DNA of 64,000 nucleotides from the NCBI GenBank assembly GCA_017553685.1, contig JAFZKH010000002.1, positions 44,141-108,140 on the forward strand. Reading direction: 5' to 3'. The DNA is from Bacilli bacterium. GTDB lineage: Bacteria; Bacillota_I; Bacilli_A; RF39; UBA660. The position numbers and the translations under genes were made by a program. The notes below the pieces were generated by a model. That model saw nothing but the letters and a program-made list of their open reading frames with translations. It made no database searches and had not been told where the DNA came from. Below are positions 29,348 through 39,209 of the stretch, in pieces. How positions within the stretch are numbered: position 1 is the stretch's first letter; the number at the start of each line of letters is the position of its first letter.

Positions 29348-30025
29348 ATGAGCGAGAGAATTTATGTATATGTAACAACTGAAAAAGATTATAAGAAAGT
29401 ATTTAATGAAGGTATATGTTTTTTAAATCAAGATTTTAGTATGGATAAGGACTTTGAATTAGTAAGTGAAGATGATTTACCATTATTCTTGCAAAGTATA
29501 AAATCAAGTGAAACAGCATATGTTATTAAAGTGCCTGAAGAATATATGCAAGTAATAGTAAAAGATAATTTAAGAATCTTTCCATATCCAATACTTTTTG
29601 AAAGACAAATGTTTGATCAAAAAAGAAGAATAGTAGATTTCTATCCAGTTTTAGTTCCTGCATTAATTTCATTTATGTATAGTGAAAAGATAGGTATTAT
29701 TTGTAATCCAAATTATAGTATTAATTTTAATCCTAATGGATTAAAATATACTAAAGGACAATTAGATAGTGTTAAATCTAAAGCACCAAGATATCTTAAA
29801 GATTATGAAAAGAGAAATAATGAAGATTCAGTTACTTTATATTGTATTGATAAAACAAATCAAACTTGGGGTATGTTAAAAAAAGTATATAATGTTGATG
29901 ATTCTATTAATCCTTTTCCTTTAACAGAATTACCTTCTGTAACATTTGAACCTTCAAAGGAAAAGAAAAAGGGATTAAATAATAATAAAAAAGGTAAAAA
30001 AAAGGAACAATTTTATGAAGAATAA
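29348..30025 (+). CDS. Hypothetical cytoplasmic protein with Lys-rich C-terminus
   Basis: ORF with a CAGGAGGG SD. No recognisable motifs. Confidence 0.5.
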   Translation: MSERIYVYVTTEKDYKKVFNEGICFLNQDFSMDKDFELVSEDDLPLFLQSIKSSETAYVIKVPEEYMQVIVKDNLRIFPYPILFERQMFDQKRRIVDFYPVLVPALISFMYSEKIGIICNPNYSINFNPNGLKYTKGQLDSVKSKAPRYLKDYEKRNNEDSVTLYCIDKTNQTWGMLKKVYNVDDSINPFPLTELPSVTFEPSKEKKKGLNNNKKGKKKEQFYEE

Positions 30026-30225
30026 AATTGTTTTTTTAGTGGAATTATTCTTTTTATAGTTAATAAAATACTAAAGGGGGTAATAATATAAAAAGAATAA
30101 TTAAATATATAATAATTGCTTTAATAATAGGTATTATAGTAGGATTTACTATTATTAATAATAATAAAAAAGAAGATGTAGTAGAAATAAAAGAAGAACC
30201 TATAATAATAGAGAATATTGAAAAA

Positions 30226-31170
30226 ATGGTTTATTTAATAGATAAGAAGAACTCTAATGTAGATGAATTATTAAAAGATAATATAACTATTAAATATGAA
30301 ACTGTTTATGTATGTGAAGAAGAGTCTACTATTGAAGAAGAAATTGTTGAAGAAGATATAGTAGAGGAAGAAATAAAAGAGGAACCAGTTATAGAAGAAC
30401 CTAAATGTAAAGGTATAGTAGATAATAAATATTATGATGATAATTATAAATTAAGAGAAGAATTTACTGTTAAAGATGGTAAAGTATATTATGGTAATAA
30501 TAAAGGACTTCATTTAGTAGATGGCATAAGATATTATTTTGATTTTAATGATGGGCATTTAGTTAGATCATCTATTAAGAGTGTAATAGACATATCTTCT
30601 TGGCAAGGTGATATTGATTTTGATAAGTTAAAAGAAAGTAATTTAGTAGATGCAGTAATAGTTAGAGTAGGCTATGGAACAACAAATTCTAAATGTGGTT
30701 TAGATAATAAGTTTGAAAGAAATATAAAAGAATTAAATAGAGTAGGTATTCCATATGGAATATATATCTATGGATATGCTAATAATGAATATAGTGCTAA
30801 CATAGAAGCTAACTTTGTATATGATATGATAAATAAGTATAATGTTAATCTTAGTTATCCAGTATTCTATGATGCAGAATTAAGAACATATAATGGCATT
30901 TCTTACACTAAAAGTATATATACTAAGGTAATTAGTGCATTTACTTCAAATCTTGAATCTAAGGGCATTAAAACGGGTGTATATGGCAATTTATATATGC
31001 TTACTAAAGGATCACTTAATGATCCCTTTATTAGAAGTAAAACTATATGGGTAGCTCAGTATTATAATAAGTGTCAATATGATGGAGATTATATTGGATG
31101 GCAATATTCCTCAAATGGTAATATACCTGGGATATCTGGAAGAGTAGATATAAATATTTTTAATTATTAA
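30226..31170 (+). CDS. GH25 family muramidase (lysozyme) with N-terminal acidic repeat region; the real start is probably upstream at about 30088
   Basis: DISSWQGDIDF...VIVRVGYG...WVAQY...WQYSSNG...GRVDINIF is the GH25 signature. The same frame stays open back to 30067 and encodes a TM anchor. Confidence 0.7.
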   Translation: MVYLIDKKNSNVDELLKDNITIKYETVYVCEEESTIEEEIVEEDIVEEEIKEEPVIEEPKCKGIVDNKYYDDNYKLREEFTVKDGKVYYGNNKGLHLVDGIRYYFDFNDGHLVRSSIKSVIDISSWQGDIDFDKLKESNLVDAVIVRVGYGTTNSKCGLDNKFERNIKELNRVGIPYGIYIYGYANNEYSANIEANFVYDMINKYNVNLSYPVFYDAELRTYNGISYTKSIYTKVISAFTSNLESKGIKTGVYGNLYMLTKGSLNDPFIRSKTIWVAQYYNKCQYDGDYIGWQYSSNGNIPGISGRVDINIFNY

Positions 31171-31248
31171 TGTAAAATTTTAAAAAACTTAACCCATTTA
31201 CTTAGATATATGATATTATAGTATATGTATGATAAAGGTGGTTGTAAG

Positions 31249-31956
31249 ATGAAAAAATTAGATAAAATTATTTTATTTTCTGTATTCTTTTTATTAGTAG
31301 CTATTATAGTATTAATGGTTGTTATGTTAGTTCAAAAAGGTAGAATTTATTTAGGTAGAAATATCGTATATGAAAATGTAGTAGAAGAGAAAAAACTTAT
31401 TAGTGAAAATATAGTATTTTTAGGAGACTCTATTACTGAATTCTATGACTTAGATAAATATTATGATGATTATTATCATGTACAAAGTGGTCATAGTGGA
31501 GATAAAACATATCAAATACTAGATAATATGTATGAAAGAGTATATAGATATAATCCATCAAAAGTATTTATTATGCTTGGTATTAATAACTTAGTATATG
31601 ATGGAGCATCAGCAGAAGAAGTAACTAATGATATTAAAGAAATATGTGAAAAAATAAAAGATAGAAATAAATATACAGAAATTTATATAGAATCTATTTC
31701 TCCATATTCTAATGTATGGAAAAATGAACATGATAATAATGCTAGATCTGCTGAAGAAGTTAATCCTAAAGTAGTAGAAGCTAATAAAATACTTAAAAAG
31801 TATGCTAAAGATAATAATTATACTTATATAGATATATATGATGAACTTGCTAATGAAGAAGGTATATTTGATTCTAAATATACTGATGATGGTCTACATC
31901 CTAATGATGAAGGATATAAACATATAACAGAAAAATTAACTAAATATATGAAATAA
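31249..31956 (+). CDS. SGNH/GDSL hydrolase (probable carbohydrate esterase)
   Basis: Signal anchor, a GDSITE block and the DDGLHPN catalytic DxxH motif. Confidence 0.8.
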   Translation: MKKLDKIILFSVFFLLVAIIVLMVVMLVQKGRIYLGRNIVYENVVEEKKLISENIVFLGDSITEFYDLDKYYDDYYHVQSGHSGDKTYQILDNMYERVYRYNPSKVFIMLGINNLVYDGASAEEVTNDIKEICEKIKDRNKYTEIYIESISPYSNVWKNEHDNNARSAEEVNPKVVEANKILKKYAKDNNYTYIDIYDELANEEGIFDSKYTDDGLHPNDEGYKHITEKLTKYMK

Positions 31957-31983
31957 GAGTTTTAATAAAACTCTTTTTTTGTT
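31957..31983 (+). terminator. Rho-independent terminator
   Basis: AGAGTTTTA-ATA-AAACTCT followed by T7. Confidence 0.6.
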
Positions 31984-32015
31984 ATAATTAATACATAAAG
32001 TAGTGGAGGATTAGT

Positions 32016-32507
32016 ATGCAAATATATGATTTTATAGATATAAAGCATCAAGTAATCGCTGGTATTAAAAATCCATATTTAAATATAGAGGGAATATGTA
32101 CTAAAAAAGATGTAGATTTTGTTGTAATAGAAGATGGGGAAGAAATAGAATTTGAAAGACCAAAATCTAAATATGAAAATGGATTTTATGTAAAAGCTAA
32201 ACTTAGAATGGATTCTAAATATATTAAAGTATATGTATTAGATGGTTCTAAAAGGTTATTAATATTCTCAGGTAAAATGAGTGTATTTAATAGAATGGAA
32301 CATAAAGTAGAATTACTTGTTACAAGTATTTATATCTTCTTAAAAGTATTTTTTCCTACTTTTGGTGAAGGTATTAAATATTTATGGAAAAAACATAGAT
32401 TATTAACTCCATTTAATCTATGGGGTAAATATATTAAAAAGTTTAATAAAATATTAAAAGAAAAATATAATATAGCTTTAAAAGAACATGAAGAAATATA
32501 TGATTAA
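32016..32507 (+). CDS. Hypothetical protein
   Basis: ORF with its own promoter-like TGtTATAAT. No recognisable motifs. Confidence 0.45.
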   Translation: MQIYDFIDIKHQVIAGIKNPYLNIEGICTKKDVDFVVIEDGEEIEFERPKSKYENGFYVKAKLRMDSKYIKVYVLDGSKRLLIFSGKMSVFNRMEHKVELLVTSIYIFLKVFFPTFGEGIKYLWKKHRLLTPFNLWGKYIKKFNKILKEKYNIALKEHEEIYD

Positions 32508-32517
32508 TGAGGTTAAT

Positions 32518-33615
32518 ATGAAAAAAAGATTATCTAATTTTGAACTTATGAGAATTATATCAATGTTCTTTATAGTATTATGGCATTTTCTATTATTTGG
32601 AAAAATGGAAGAAGGGACACTTGGTTTAACTCATAATGTAATTATTTTATTAAAAGCAATTACATTAGTACATGTTAATTCATTTGTTTTATTAACAGGT
32701 TATTTTAATTATGATAAGAAATTTAAGTTATCTAAAGTAATTAAAACAAATAACTCTATGTGGTTTTATAGTGTAGTTTGTTTACTTATTTTAATGTTTG
32801 GATTCTCAATTACATTTTCTAAGTTTTATACATTTAGAATGATGTTACCAATACCTAAATTTGATGAGTATTGGTTCTTAGTAGTATATATGCTTTTATA
32901 TTTAATAAGTCCATTATTAAATATGATTATTAGAGAATCAGATAAAACTAAACATAAAATGATTATTATAGGTTTATTAATAATTACTTTATTAACTTAT
33001 ATAACAGGTAATGAATTTTATAATATTAATGGTGGATATTCATTATTTATGTTTATTGTTTTATATTTTATAGGATCTTATTTACATAAGTATCCAATTG
33101 AAACTAAAAGAAGTAAATTAATTATATTTTCAGTTATAGGATTTATTTTATTAGCAGTTTTAAATGCTTTATTATATAGAGCAGGATTAATCTTACAAGA
33201 ATCATCAAAAGAATCAGTTAGATTCTATGCAGATGCAATAGTAAATGGTTTTACTGCTTATTCTAATCCATTTATATTACTTGGATCTATTATATATTTT
33301 ATATTCTTTAGTGCTTTAAAATTTAGTAGTAAAGTAGTTAATTTCTTTGGTAAATATGTACTTGGTACTTATTTAATAACACAAAATACTTTATTATATA
33401 CTAGAATTTATAAACCACTTGGATTTGCTATTGATTCATATAACTATAAACATATTTTAATAGCTATTGGATTATCTATTAGCTTTGTTATTATATGTTC
33501 TTTAATAGAAGCCCTAAGAGTATTTATATTTAAAGTAATATATGATTTAAAAGTATCAGGTAAAATTAGAAATAAGATTACTAAATTATTTAAAAAAGTT
33601 AATATTAACTGGTAA
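32518..33615 (+). CDS. Membrane O-acyltransferase (acyltransferase 3 family), third copy
   Basis: FELMRIISMFFIVLWHF plus polytopic topology. Confidence 0.75.
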   Translation: MKKRLSNFELMRIISMFFIVLWHFLLFGKMEEGTLGLTHNVIILLKAITLVHVNSFVLLTGYFNYDKKFKLSKVIKTNNSMWFYSVVCLLILMFGFSITFSKFYTFRMMLPIPKFDEYWFLVVYMLLYLISPLLNMIIRESDKTKHKMIIIGLLIITLLTYITGNEFYNINGGYSLFMFIVLYFIGSYLHKYPIETKRSKLIIFSVIGFILLAVLNALLYRAGLILQESSKESVRFYADAIVNGFTAYSNPFILLGSIIYFIFFSALKFSSKVVNFFGKYVLGTYLITQNTLLYTRIYKPLGFAIDSYNYKHILIAIGLSISFVIICSLIEALRVFIFKVIYDLKVSGKIRNKITKLFKKVNINW

Positions 33616-33618
33616 TAA

Positions 33619-33658
33619 AAAGAGTTATCTAATTAAACTAGATAACTCTTTTTTATTT
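33619..33658. terminator. Bidirectional terminator between convergent genes
   Basis: Perfect 12-bp stem AAGAGTTATCTA/TAGATAACTCTT flanked by A and T runs. The stop codon of the minus-strand gene lies inside the stem. Confidence 0.6.
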
Positions 33659-34716
33659 AATTCTTTATCATTAACTATCATAGAATATATATTAGTTGTT
33701 TTAAGTTCAAACTCTAAGTCTTTATTAAATTTAGTATATATAGGAATTTTAATATTCTTTTTAATACTATTTAAATGTTTTTGACCAATAGTATTAAATC
33801 CAAGTACTCTTATATATTTAATAGTTTTATCATTATCTTTTTTCTTAAATGAAAGAAGTATTGATATAAACATTCTTTTAAGTTTATTAACGGTATATCT
33901 TTTAGATTTAACTTTATCTATTAATTCCTCGATAGAATTTGATTCATTAATATATCTTTTAAGTCTATTTTCTATACCTTCATCAACTAAGTTATATTCT
34001 TCTAGATGATCATCTGATATTATTTTATATTTTAATAATTCAAAATATGATGGAGTATAGTAATTAACTATAGCGTTCTTAGGAACATATTTCTTTATAT
34101 CTATTTTATTAATATTATCTCTAATAGCATTAGCACTTATTATAGAACCCTCTATATCATCTGAATTATAATCATTAGTTCTTTTTATAGTTATTGGAAT
34201 AATTTTACTTTTAATCTTATTAATTTCTTTTATATAAGAAATACCTAATGTATCATTTGGTAATACATCATCTATACCATATGGTTTTAATGCTTTAAAT
34301 AATGCGTTTTTATAACTAGTACCATTTTTCATATGTTTTTTTACATCTTTAATGTAACTATCATTAGATTGTATTTTACATATTTCATTTAGTTTATCTA
34401 TATCATTTAACTCAGAGCCAAATACTAAATAATCACAATCTAAGTAATTTAATATATCTACTGCTTTAGCAAATGTATCTGCAGATTGTATTACAAATTT
34501 AGTAGGTATTTCTACTACTAAATCTACATTATTATCTAATGCTATTTTAGTTTTATCCCATTTATTAATAATGGAAATATCTCCTCTTTGAGTAAAACAA
34601 GAACTCATAGCTAAGATAATCATAGAATCCGGAAACATTTCTTTAATTTTATCTATATGATATTTATGTCCATTATGAAATGGATTATATTCACATATTA
34701 TTCCAACTTTAACCAT
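33625..34716 (-). CDS. tmcAL: tRNA(Met) cytidine acetate ligase TmcAL / YlbM-like nucleotidyltransferase
   Basis: EYNPFHNGHKYHI (HxGH nucleotidyltransferase motif). AAGGAG SD lies 7 nt before the ATG at 34716; the listed start at 34746 is GTG. Confidence 0.65.
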   Translation of the reverse strand: MVKVGIICEYNPFHNGHKYHIDKIKEMFPDSMIILAMSSCFTQRGDISIINKWDKTKIALDNNVDLVVEIPTKFVIQSADTFAKAVDILNYLDCDYLVFGSELNDIDKLNEICKIQSNDSYIKDVKKHMKNGTSYKNALFKALKPYGIDDVLPNDTLGISYIKEINKIKSKIIPITIKRTNDYNSDDIEGSIISANAIRDNINKIDIKKYVPKNAIVNYYTPSYFELLKYKIISDDHLEEYNLVDEGIENRLKRYINESNSIEELIDKVKSKRYTVNKLKRMFISILLSFKKKDNDKTIKYIRVLGFNTIGQKHLNSIKKNIKIPIYTKFNKDLEFELKTTNIYSMIVNDKELNKKELSSLIR

Positions 34717-34853
34717 AATATTTCTCCTTGGTAAGTATTTTATCACATGTAAAAATCAATGTAAATAGATGGGAAATTGTTCGTAAATAAAGTGAAAACC
34801 TTTAATTATTGACATATAAATGTTATAATTTATAGTGGAAAAGAAGTGAAAAA

Positions 34854-35882
34854 ATGCAAAGTATATATGGTATAACTAGAAAAAAATTAGAGTCATATTT
34901 TGAAGAAATGGGTGATAAAAAATATAGAGCAACCCAAGTTTTTGAATGGCTTTATAGAAATAAAGTTAAATCATTTGATGAAATGACTAATCTTAAAAAA
35001 GATTTAATTGAAAAATTAAAAGAAGACTTTTATTTTGATGATATAAAACTAGTTATAAAAGAGGAAGATGAATTAACTTCTAAATATTTATTTGAATTAA
35101 ATGATAAACATAGAATAGAAGCAGTTTTAATGAGACATGACTATGGTAATAGTATATGTATTTCGTCTCAAATTGGTTGTAATATGGGATGTGCTTTTTG
35201 TCAAAGTGGTAGACTTAAAAAAATAAGAGATTTAACTGTTTCTGAAATGTTTTTACAAATAGTAAAAGTAGAAGAAGATATTAAAGAAAGAATAAGCCAT
35301 GTTGTAGTTATGGGTATTGGTGAACCATTTGATAACTATGACAATGTTATAGATTTTGTAAGAATAATTAATGATCCATATTCACTTGCAATAGGGGTTA
35401 GACATATTACTGTTTCTACTTGTGGAATAGTTCCTAAAATATATAAATTAGCAGATGAAGAATTAGATATAAACCTTGCTATTTCTTTACATGCTCCTAA
35501 TAATGAATTAAGATCAAAGATAATGAAAATTAATAATGCTTATCCACTAGAAGAAGTAATGAAAGCAGTAAAAGATTATATAGATAAAACAAATAGAAGA
35601 GTTACATTTGAGTATATTATGCTTGATGGAGTTAATGATACTAAAGAATGTGCATTAGAGTTAGTTAAATTAGTTAAAGGATTAAATGCATATGTTAATT
35701 TAATTCCATATAATGAAACTGAAAATATTGAGTTTAAACGCTCAAAAACTTCACAAATTACTGAATTTTATGATATACTAAAGAAGAATAATGTAACATC
35801 AACAATAAGAAAAGAATTTGGATCTAATGTATCTGCAGCTTGTGGACAACTTAGAGCTAATAATATAGAAGGAGAGATTTAA
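34854..35882 (+). CDS. rlmN: 23S rRNA/tRNA (adenine-C2)-methyltransferase RlmN, radical SAM
   Basis: CNMGCAFCQSG radical-SAM cluster motif and overall RlmN architecture. Confidence 0.9.
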   Translation: MQSIYGITRKKLESYFEEMGDKKYRATQVFEWLYRNKVKSFDEMTNLKKDLIEKLKEDFYFDDIKLVIKEEDELTSKYLFELNDKHRIEAVLMRHDYGNSICISSQIGCNMGCAFCQSGRLKKIRDLTVSEMFLQIVKVEEDIKERISHVVVMGIGEPFDNYDNVIDFVRIINDPYSLAIGVRHITVSTCGIVPKIYKLADEELDINLAISLHAPNNELRSKIMKINNAYPLEEVMKAVKDYIDKTNRRVTFEYIMLDGVNDTKECALELVKLVKGLNAYVNLIPYNETENIEFKRSKTSQITEFYDILKKNNVTSTIRKEFGSNVSAACGQLRANNIEGEI

Positions 35883-36623
35883 ATGGAAAGTTATTTTTTA
35901 ACTGATACAGGAAAAGTTAGAGAACATAATGAAGATAGTGTTACTATATTAAAAAACAAAAAGAAAGAATATTTACTTGCTGTTGCAGATGGAATGGGTG
36001 GTCATAAGGCTGGAGAAGTTGCTTCGTCTATGGCTATTAACCATTTAACAGAAAGTTTTAATAAATTAGATTCTATGGGAGATAAAAAGACTTGCGTAGA
36101 ATGGATTAGAACTAACGTTAATGATATAAATGATGAAATATTTGAATATACTAAGAATCATCCTGAAAGTAAAGGAATGGGTTCTACTTTAGTTATGGCT
36201 ATTTATACTAAAGATTATTTATTATTTGCTAATATTGGTGATTCATCAGGATTTGTTATTAAAAAGGATGAACTATTTAAAATAACTAAAGATCATACTT
36301 TAGTTAATATGCTTGTTAATAATGGTGAACTTACTGAAAGCCAAGCACAAAATCATCCAAAGAAGAATATTTTAATGAGAGCACTTGGTGCTAATAATCC
36401 AATAGAAGTAGATATATTCTCAGTAGAAGAAGAAGTATCTGGAATAGTATTATCATCAGATGGATTAACTTCTATGCTTACAAAAACTCAAATAGAAAGA
36501 GTTCTTGCAAATAAAGAACTTAGTCTATCTGAAAAAGTAATTAGATTAATTAGAAAGAGTAATATAAGGGGCGGACTAGATAATATTTCAATCGCTTGTT
36601 TAATGATGGGAAGTGATAAATAG
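35883..36623 (+). CDS. prpC: PP2C-type Ser/Thr phosphatase (Stp/PrpC)
   Basis: TDTGKVREHNED...VADGMGGH, and it is coupled to the kinase gene through a TAGTG overlap. Confidence 0.85.
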   Translation: MESYFLTDTGKVREHNEDSVTILKNKKKEYLLAVADGMGGHKAGEVASSMAINHLTESFNKLDSMGDKKTCVEWIRTNVNDINDEIFEYTKNHPESKGMGSTLVMAIYTKDYLLFANIGDSSGFVIKKDELFKITKDHTLVNMLVNNGELTESQAQNHPKKNILMRALGANNPIEVDIFSVEEEVSGIVLSSDGLTSMLTKTQIERVLANKELSLSEKVIRLIRKSNIRGGLDNISIACLMMGSDK

Positions 36624-38410
36624 TGATAGCTAAGGGGCAAAAGATTAACGATAGATATGAAGTAAAAACTTTAATTGGTGAAGGTGGTATGGCCAATGTG
36701 TATCTTGGTTATGACACTATTTTAGAAAGAGATGTTGCAATTAAAGTACTTAGAGGAGACCTAGCAGATGATGAAAAATTTGTTAGAAGATTTAGAAGAG
36801 AAGCTCAAAGTGCATCTTTATTAAATCATCCTAATATAGTTCAAATATATGATGTAGGAGAAGATGAAGGTAACTTCTATATAGTAATGGAATATATTCC
36901 AGGACAAACTTTAAAACAAATTATTAAAAAAAGAAAAAGATTATCTATCTCCGAAACAATAGATATTATGTGTCAATTAACAGATGGACTTTCATCTGCA
37001 CATGATTCATATATCATTCATAGAGATATAAAACCTCAAAACATAATGATACTTGATGATGGTATGGTTAAAATAACAGACTTTGGTATAGCAATGGCTG
37101 TTAATGCATCTGATTTAACTCAAACTAATTCAGTTATGGGATCAGTTCATTATTTACCACCAGAACAAGCATCTGGTAAAGGTAGTACTATTAAAAGTGA
37201 TATTTATTCACTTGGTATTATGCTTTATGAAATGCTTGCAGGTACTATGCCATTTAGAGGAGAAACTGCTGTAGAAATAGCTATGAAACATTTAAAATCC
37301 CCAATGCCTAGTATTAGAAAAGTAAGAGATGATGTTCCACAAAGCTTAGAGAATATTATTCTAAAAGCAGCAGCTAAGAATCCAAAGAATAGATATAATA
37401 ATGTTCGTGAATTATATGAAGATCTTAAGACTTGTTTAGATGAAAGTAGAAAAGATGAAAAGAGAATTGTATTTAAATATCCTGAAAATGAATATGATAA
37501 CGAAAATACAGTTGTAACTAATAGTCTTAAAGATGAAATAAAGAATAAAGAAGAAGAAAAAGAAGAAAAGAAAAAGATTGAAGTAAAAGAAATTGAAGAA
37601 TCAATTGAGGATAAAAGAATGAGTAGATTTACTAAAATATTAATTATTGCTATTTCAGTATTAGTTTTAGCATTACTTTCAGTATTTATAATATTCCCTG
37701 CTATATTTAAGAGTCCTGAAATAGAAGTTCCAGATGTATCTGGATTATCTGTTAATGAAGCCAGAACTGTTTTAAAGAATGAAAAACTTAAGGTTGCTGG
37801 AACAATTAAAGATGATTATACTGATGATGTAGAAAAAGGAAAAGTAACTAGAACTAAACCTCAAAAGGGAGCAAAGGTTAAAAAAGGAGCTACTATTACT
37901 TTATATAGATCTTTAGGTAGTAATATGACTGAAATAGAAGATTATACTGGTAAAGAAGCTGATAAAATAGAAACTTTATTAGAAGACACTAAAGGTGCAG
38001 GATTAAATGTTATTATCGAAAAGAAAGAAGTAGATAAGAAAGCTGATTATTTAGATAAAGCAAATATTATAATTGGACAAGAACCAGCTGCAGGAGAAAA
38101 ACTTGTTACTGGAGATATTCTAAAATTATTTATTCCTGATATAGAAACTGAATATCCTGATTTTATGAAAGGATATACTATTGATCAAATTCAAAGTTTC
38201 TGTGATGATTATGATATTCATTTAACTGTTAAAGAAGTTGAAACTGAAGAAAGTACTCAAGGAACAATTCTTTCTCAAAGTAAATCTGCAACTTCTAATA
38301 TAGCTAAAGGCGATGAATTAACTGTTGAAGTTGCTAAAAAACCAGTTCAAATGGAACCTTTAGAGAATGAAGAAAGTAATAACAATGAACAGGATAATCA
38401 AGACAATTAG
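36623..38410 (+). CDS. prkC: Ser/Thr protein kinase PrkC with three PASTA domains
   Basis: Hanks kinase motifs (GEGGMANVY, HRDIKPQN, DFG), a TM helix and three PASTA repeats. Confidence 0.9.
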   Translation: MIAKGQKINDRYEVKTLIGEGGMANVYLGYDTILERDVAIKVLRGDLADDEKFVRRFRREAQSASLLNHPNIVQIYDVGEDEGNFYIVMEYIPGQTLKQIIKKRKRLSISETIDIMCQLTDGLSSAHDSYIIHRDIKPQNIMILDDGMVKITDFGIAMAVNASDLTQTNSVMGSVHYLPPEQASGKGSTIKSDIYSLGIMLYEMLAGTMPFRGETAVEIAMKHLKSPMPSIRKVRDDVPQSLENIILKAAAKNPKNRYNNVRELYEDLKTCLDESRKDEKRIVFKYPENEYDNENTVVTNSLKDEIKNKEEEKEEKKKIEVKEIEESIEDKRMSRFTKILIIAISVLVLALLSVFIIFPAIFKSPEIEVPDVSGLSVNEARTVLKNEKLKVAGTIKDDYTDDVEKGKVTRTKPQKGAKVKKGATITLYRSLGSNMTEIEDYTGKEADKIETLLEDTKGAGLNVIIEKKEVDKKADYLDKANIIIGQEPAAGEKLVTGDILKLFIPDIETEYPDFMKGYTIDQIQSFCDDYDIHLTVKEVETEESTQGTILSQSKSATSNIAKGDELTVEVAKKPVQMEPLENEESNNNEQDNQDN

Positions 38411-39209
38411 TAACGACTATACAGTCGAATTTGATAATAAAGAAAAAAGAGTCTGCAAAGCAAGGGGAGTATTTCGTAATAAAAATATTACCCCTTTAGC
38501 AGGTGATTATGTAAATGTTAATAGTGATAATATAATAGATGAAGTTCTAGATAGGAAAAATAGTTTAGATAGACCTCCTGTTGCTAATATTGATATAGCT
38601 ATAGTAGTTACATCTATTGTTAATCCAGACTTTTCATCTAAATTATTAGATAAATTATTAACAGTTATAGTATTTAATAAAATAGAACCAGTTATATGTT
38701 TTACTAAGTTAGATTTATCTGATTTAGATATTAAATCATGTAAAGATTACTATGAAAAATTAGGTTATAAAGTAGTTACTAATGAAGAATTAGATAAAAT
38801 TAAAGAAATAATAAAGGGTAAAACTGTTATATTAACAGGTCAATCAGGTGCTGGTAAATCAACACTACTTAATAGATTAGATCCTAGTTTAGATTTAAAA
38901 ACTGATGAAATATCTAAAGCATTAAATAGAGGAAAGCATACTACTAGATGTGTAGAATTCTTTAATGTATGTGATTCTTATATTGCAGATACTCCAGGTT
39001 TTTCTAAATTAGACTTTAATAATATGACTAAAGAAGATATTAAAAATAGTTTTATAGAATTTAATAACTATGAATGTAAGTATTCTGATTGTATGCATAT
39101 TAAAGAAGATGGATGCGTGGTAAAAGAAGCTGTTAATAATAATGAAATTATTAAATCTAGATATGAAAACTATGTTAGTTTTATAAATGAAAAGGAAAAT
39201 GAAAGATGA
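38385..39209 (+). CDS. rsgA: Ribosome small-subunit-dependent GTPase A
   Basis: OB-fold N-terminus, GQSGAGKSTLLN P-loop and a C-terminal Zn-finger region (CKYSDCMHIKEDGC). Confidence 0.85.
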   Translation: MNRIIKTISNDYTVEFDNKEKRVCKARGVFRNKNITPLAGDYVNVNSDNIIDEVLDRKNSLDRPPVANIDIAIVVTSIVNPDFSSKLLDKLLTVIVFNKIEPVICFTKLDLSDLDIKSCKDYYEKLGYKVVTNEELDKIKEIIKGKTVILTGQSGAGKSTLLNRLDPSLDLKTDEISKALNRGKHTTRCVEFFNVCDSYIADTPGFSKLDFNNMTKEDIKNSFIEFNNYECKYSDCMHIKEDGCVVKEAVNNNEIIKSRYENYVSFINEKENER

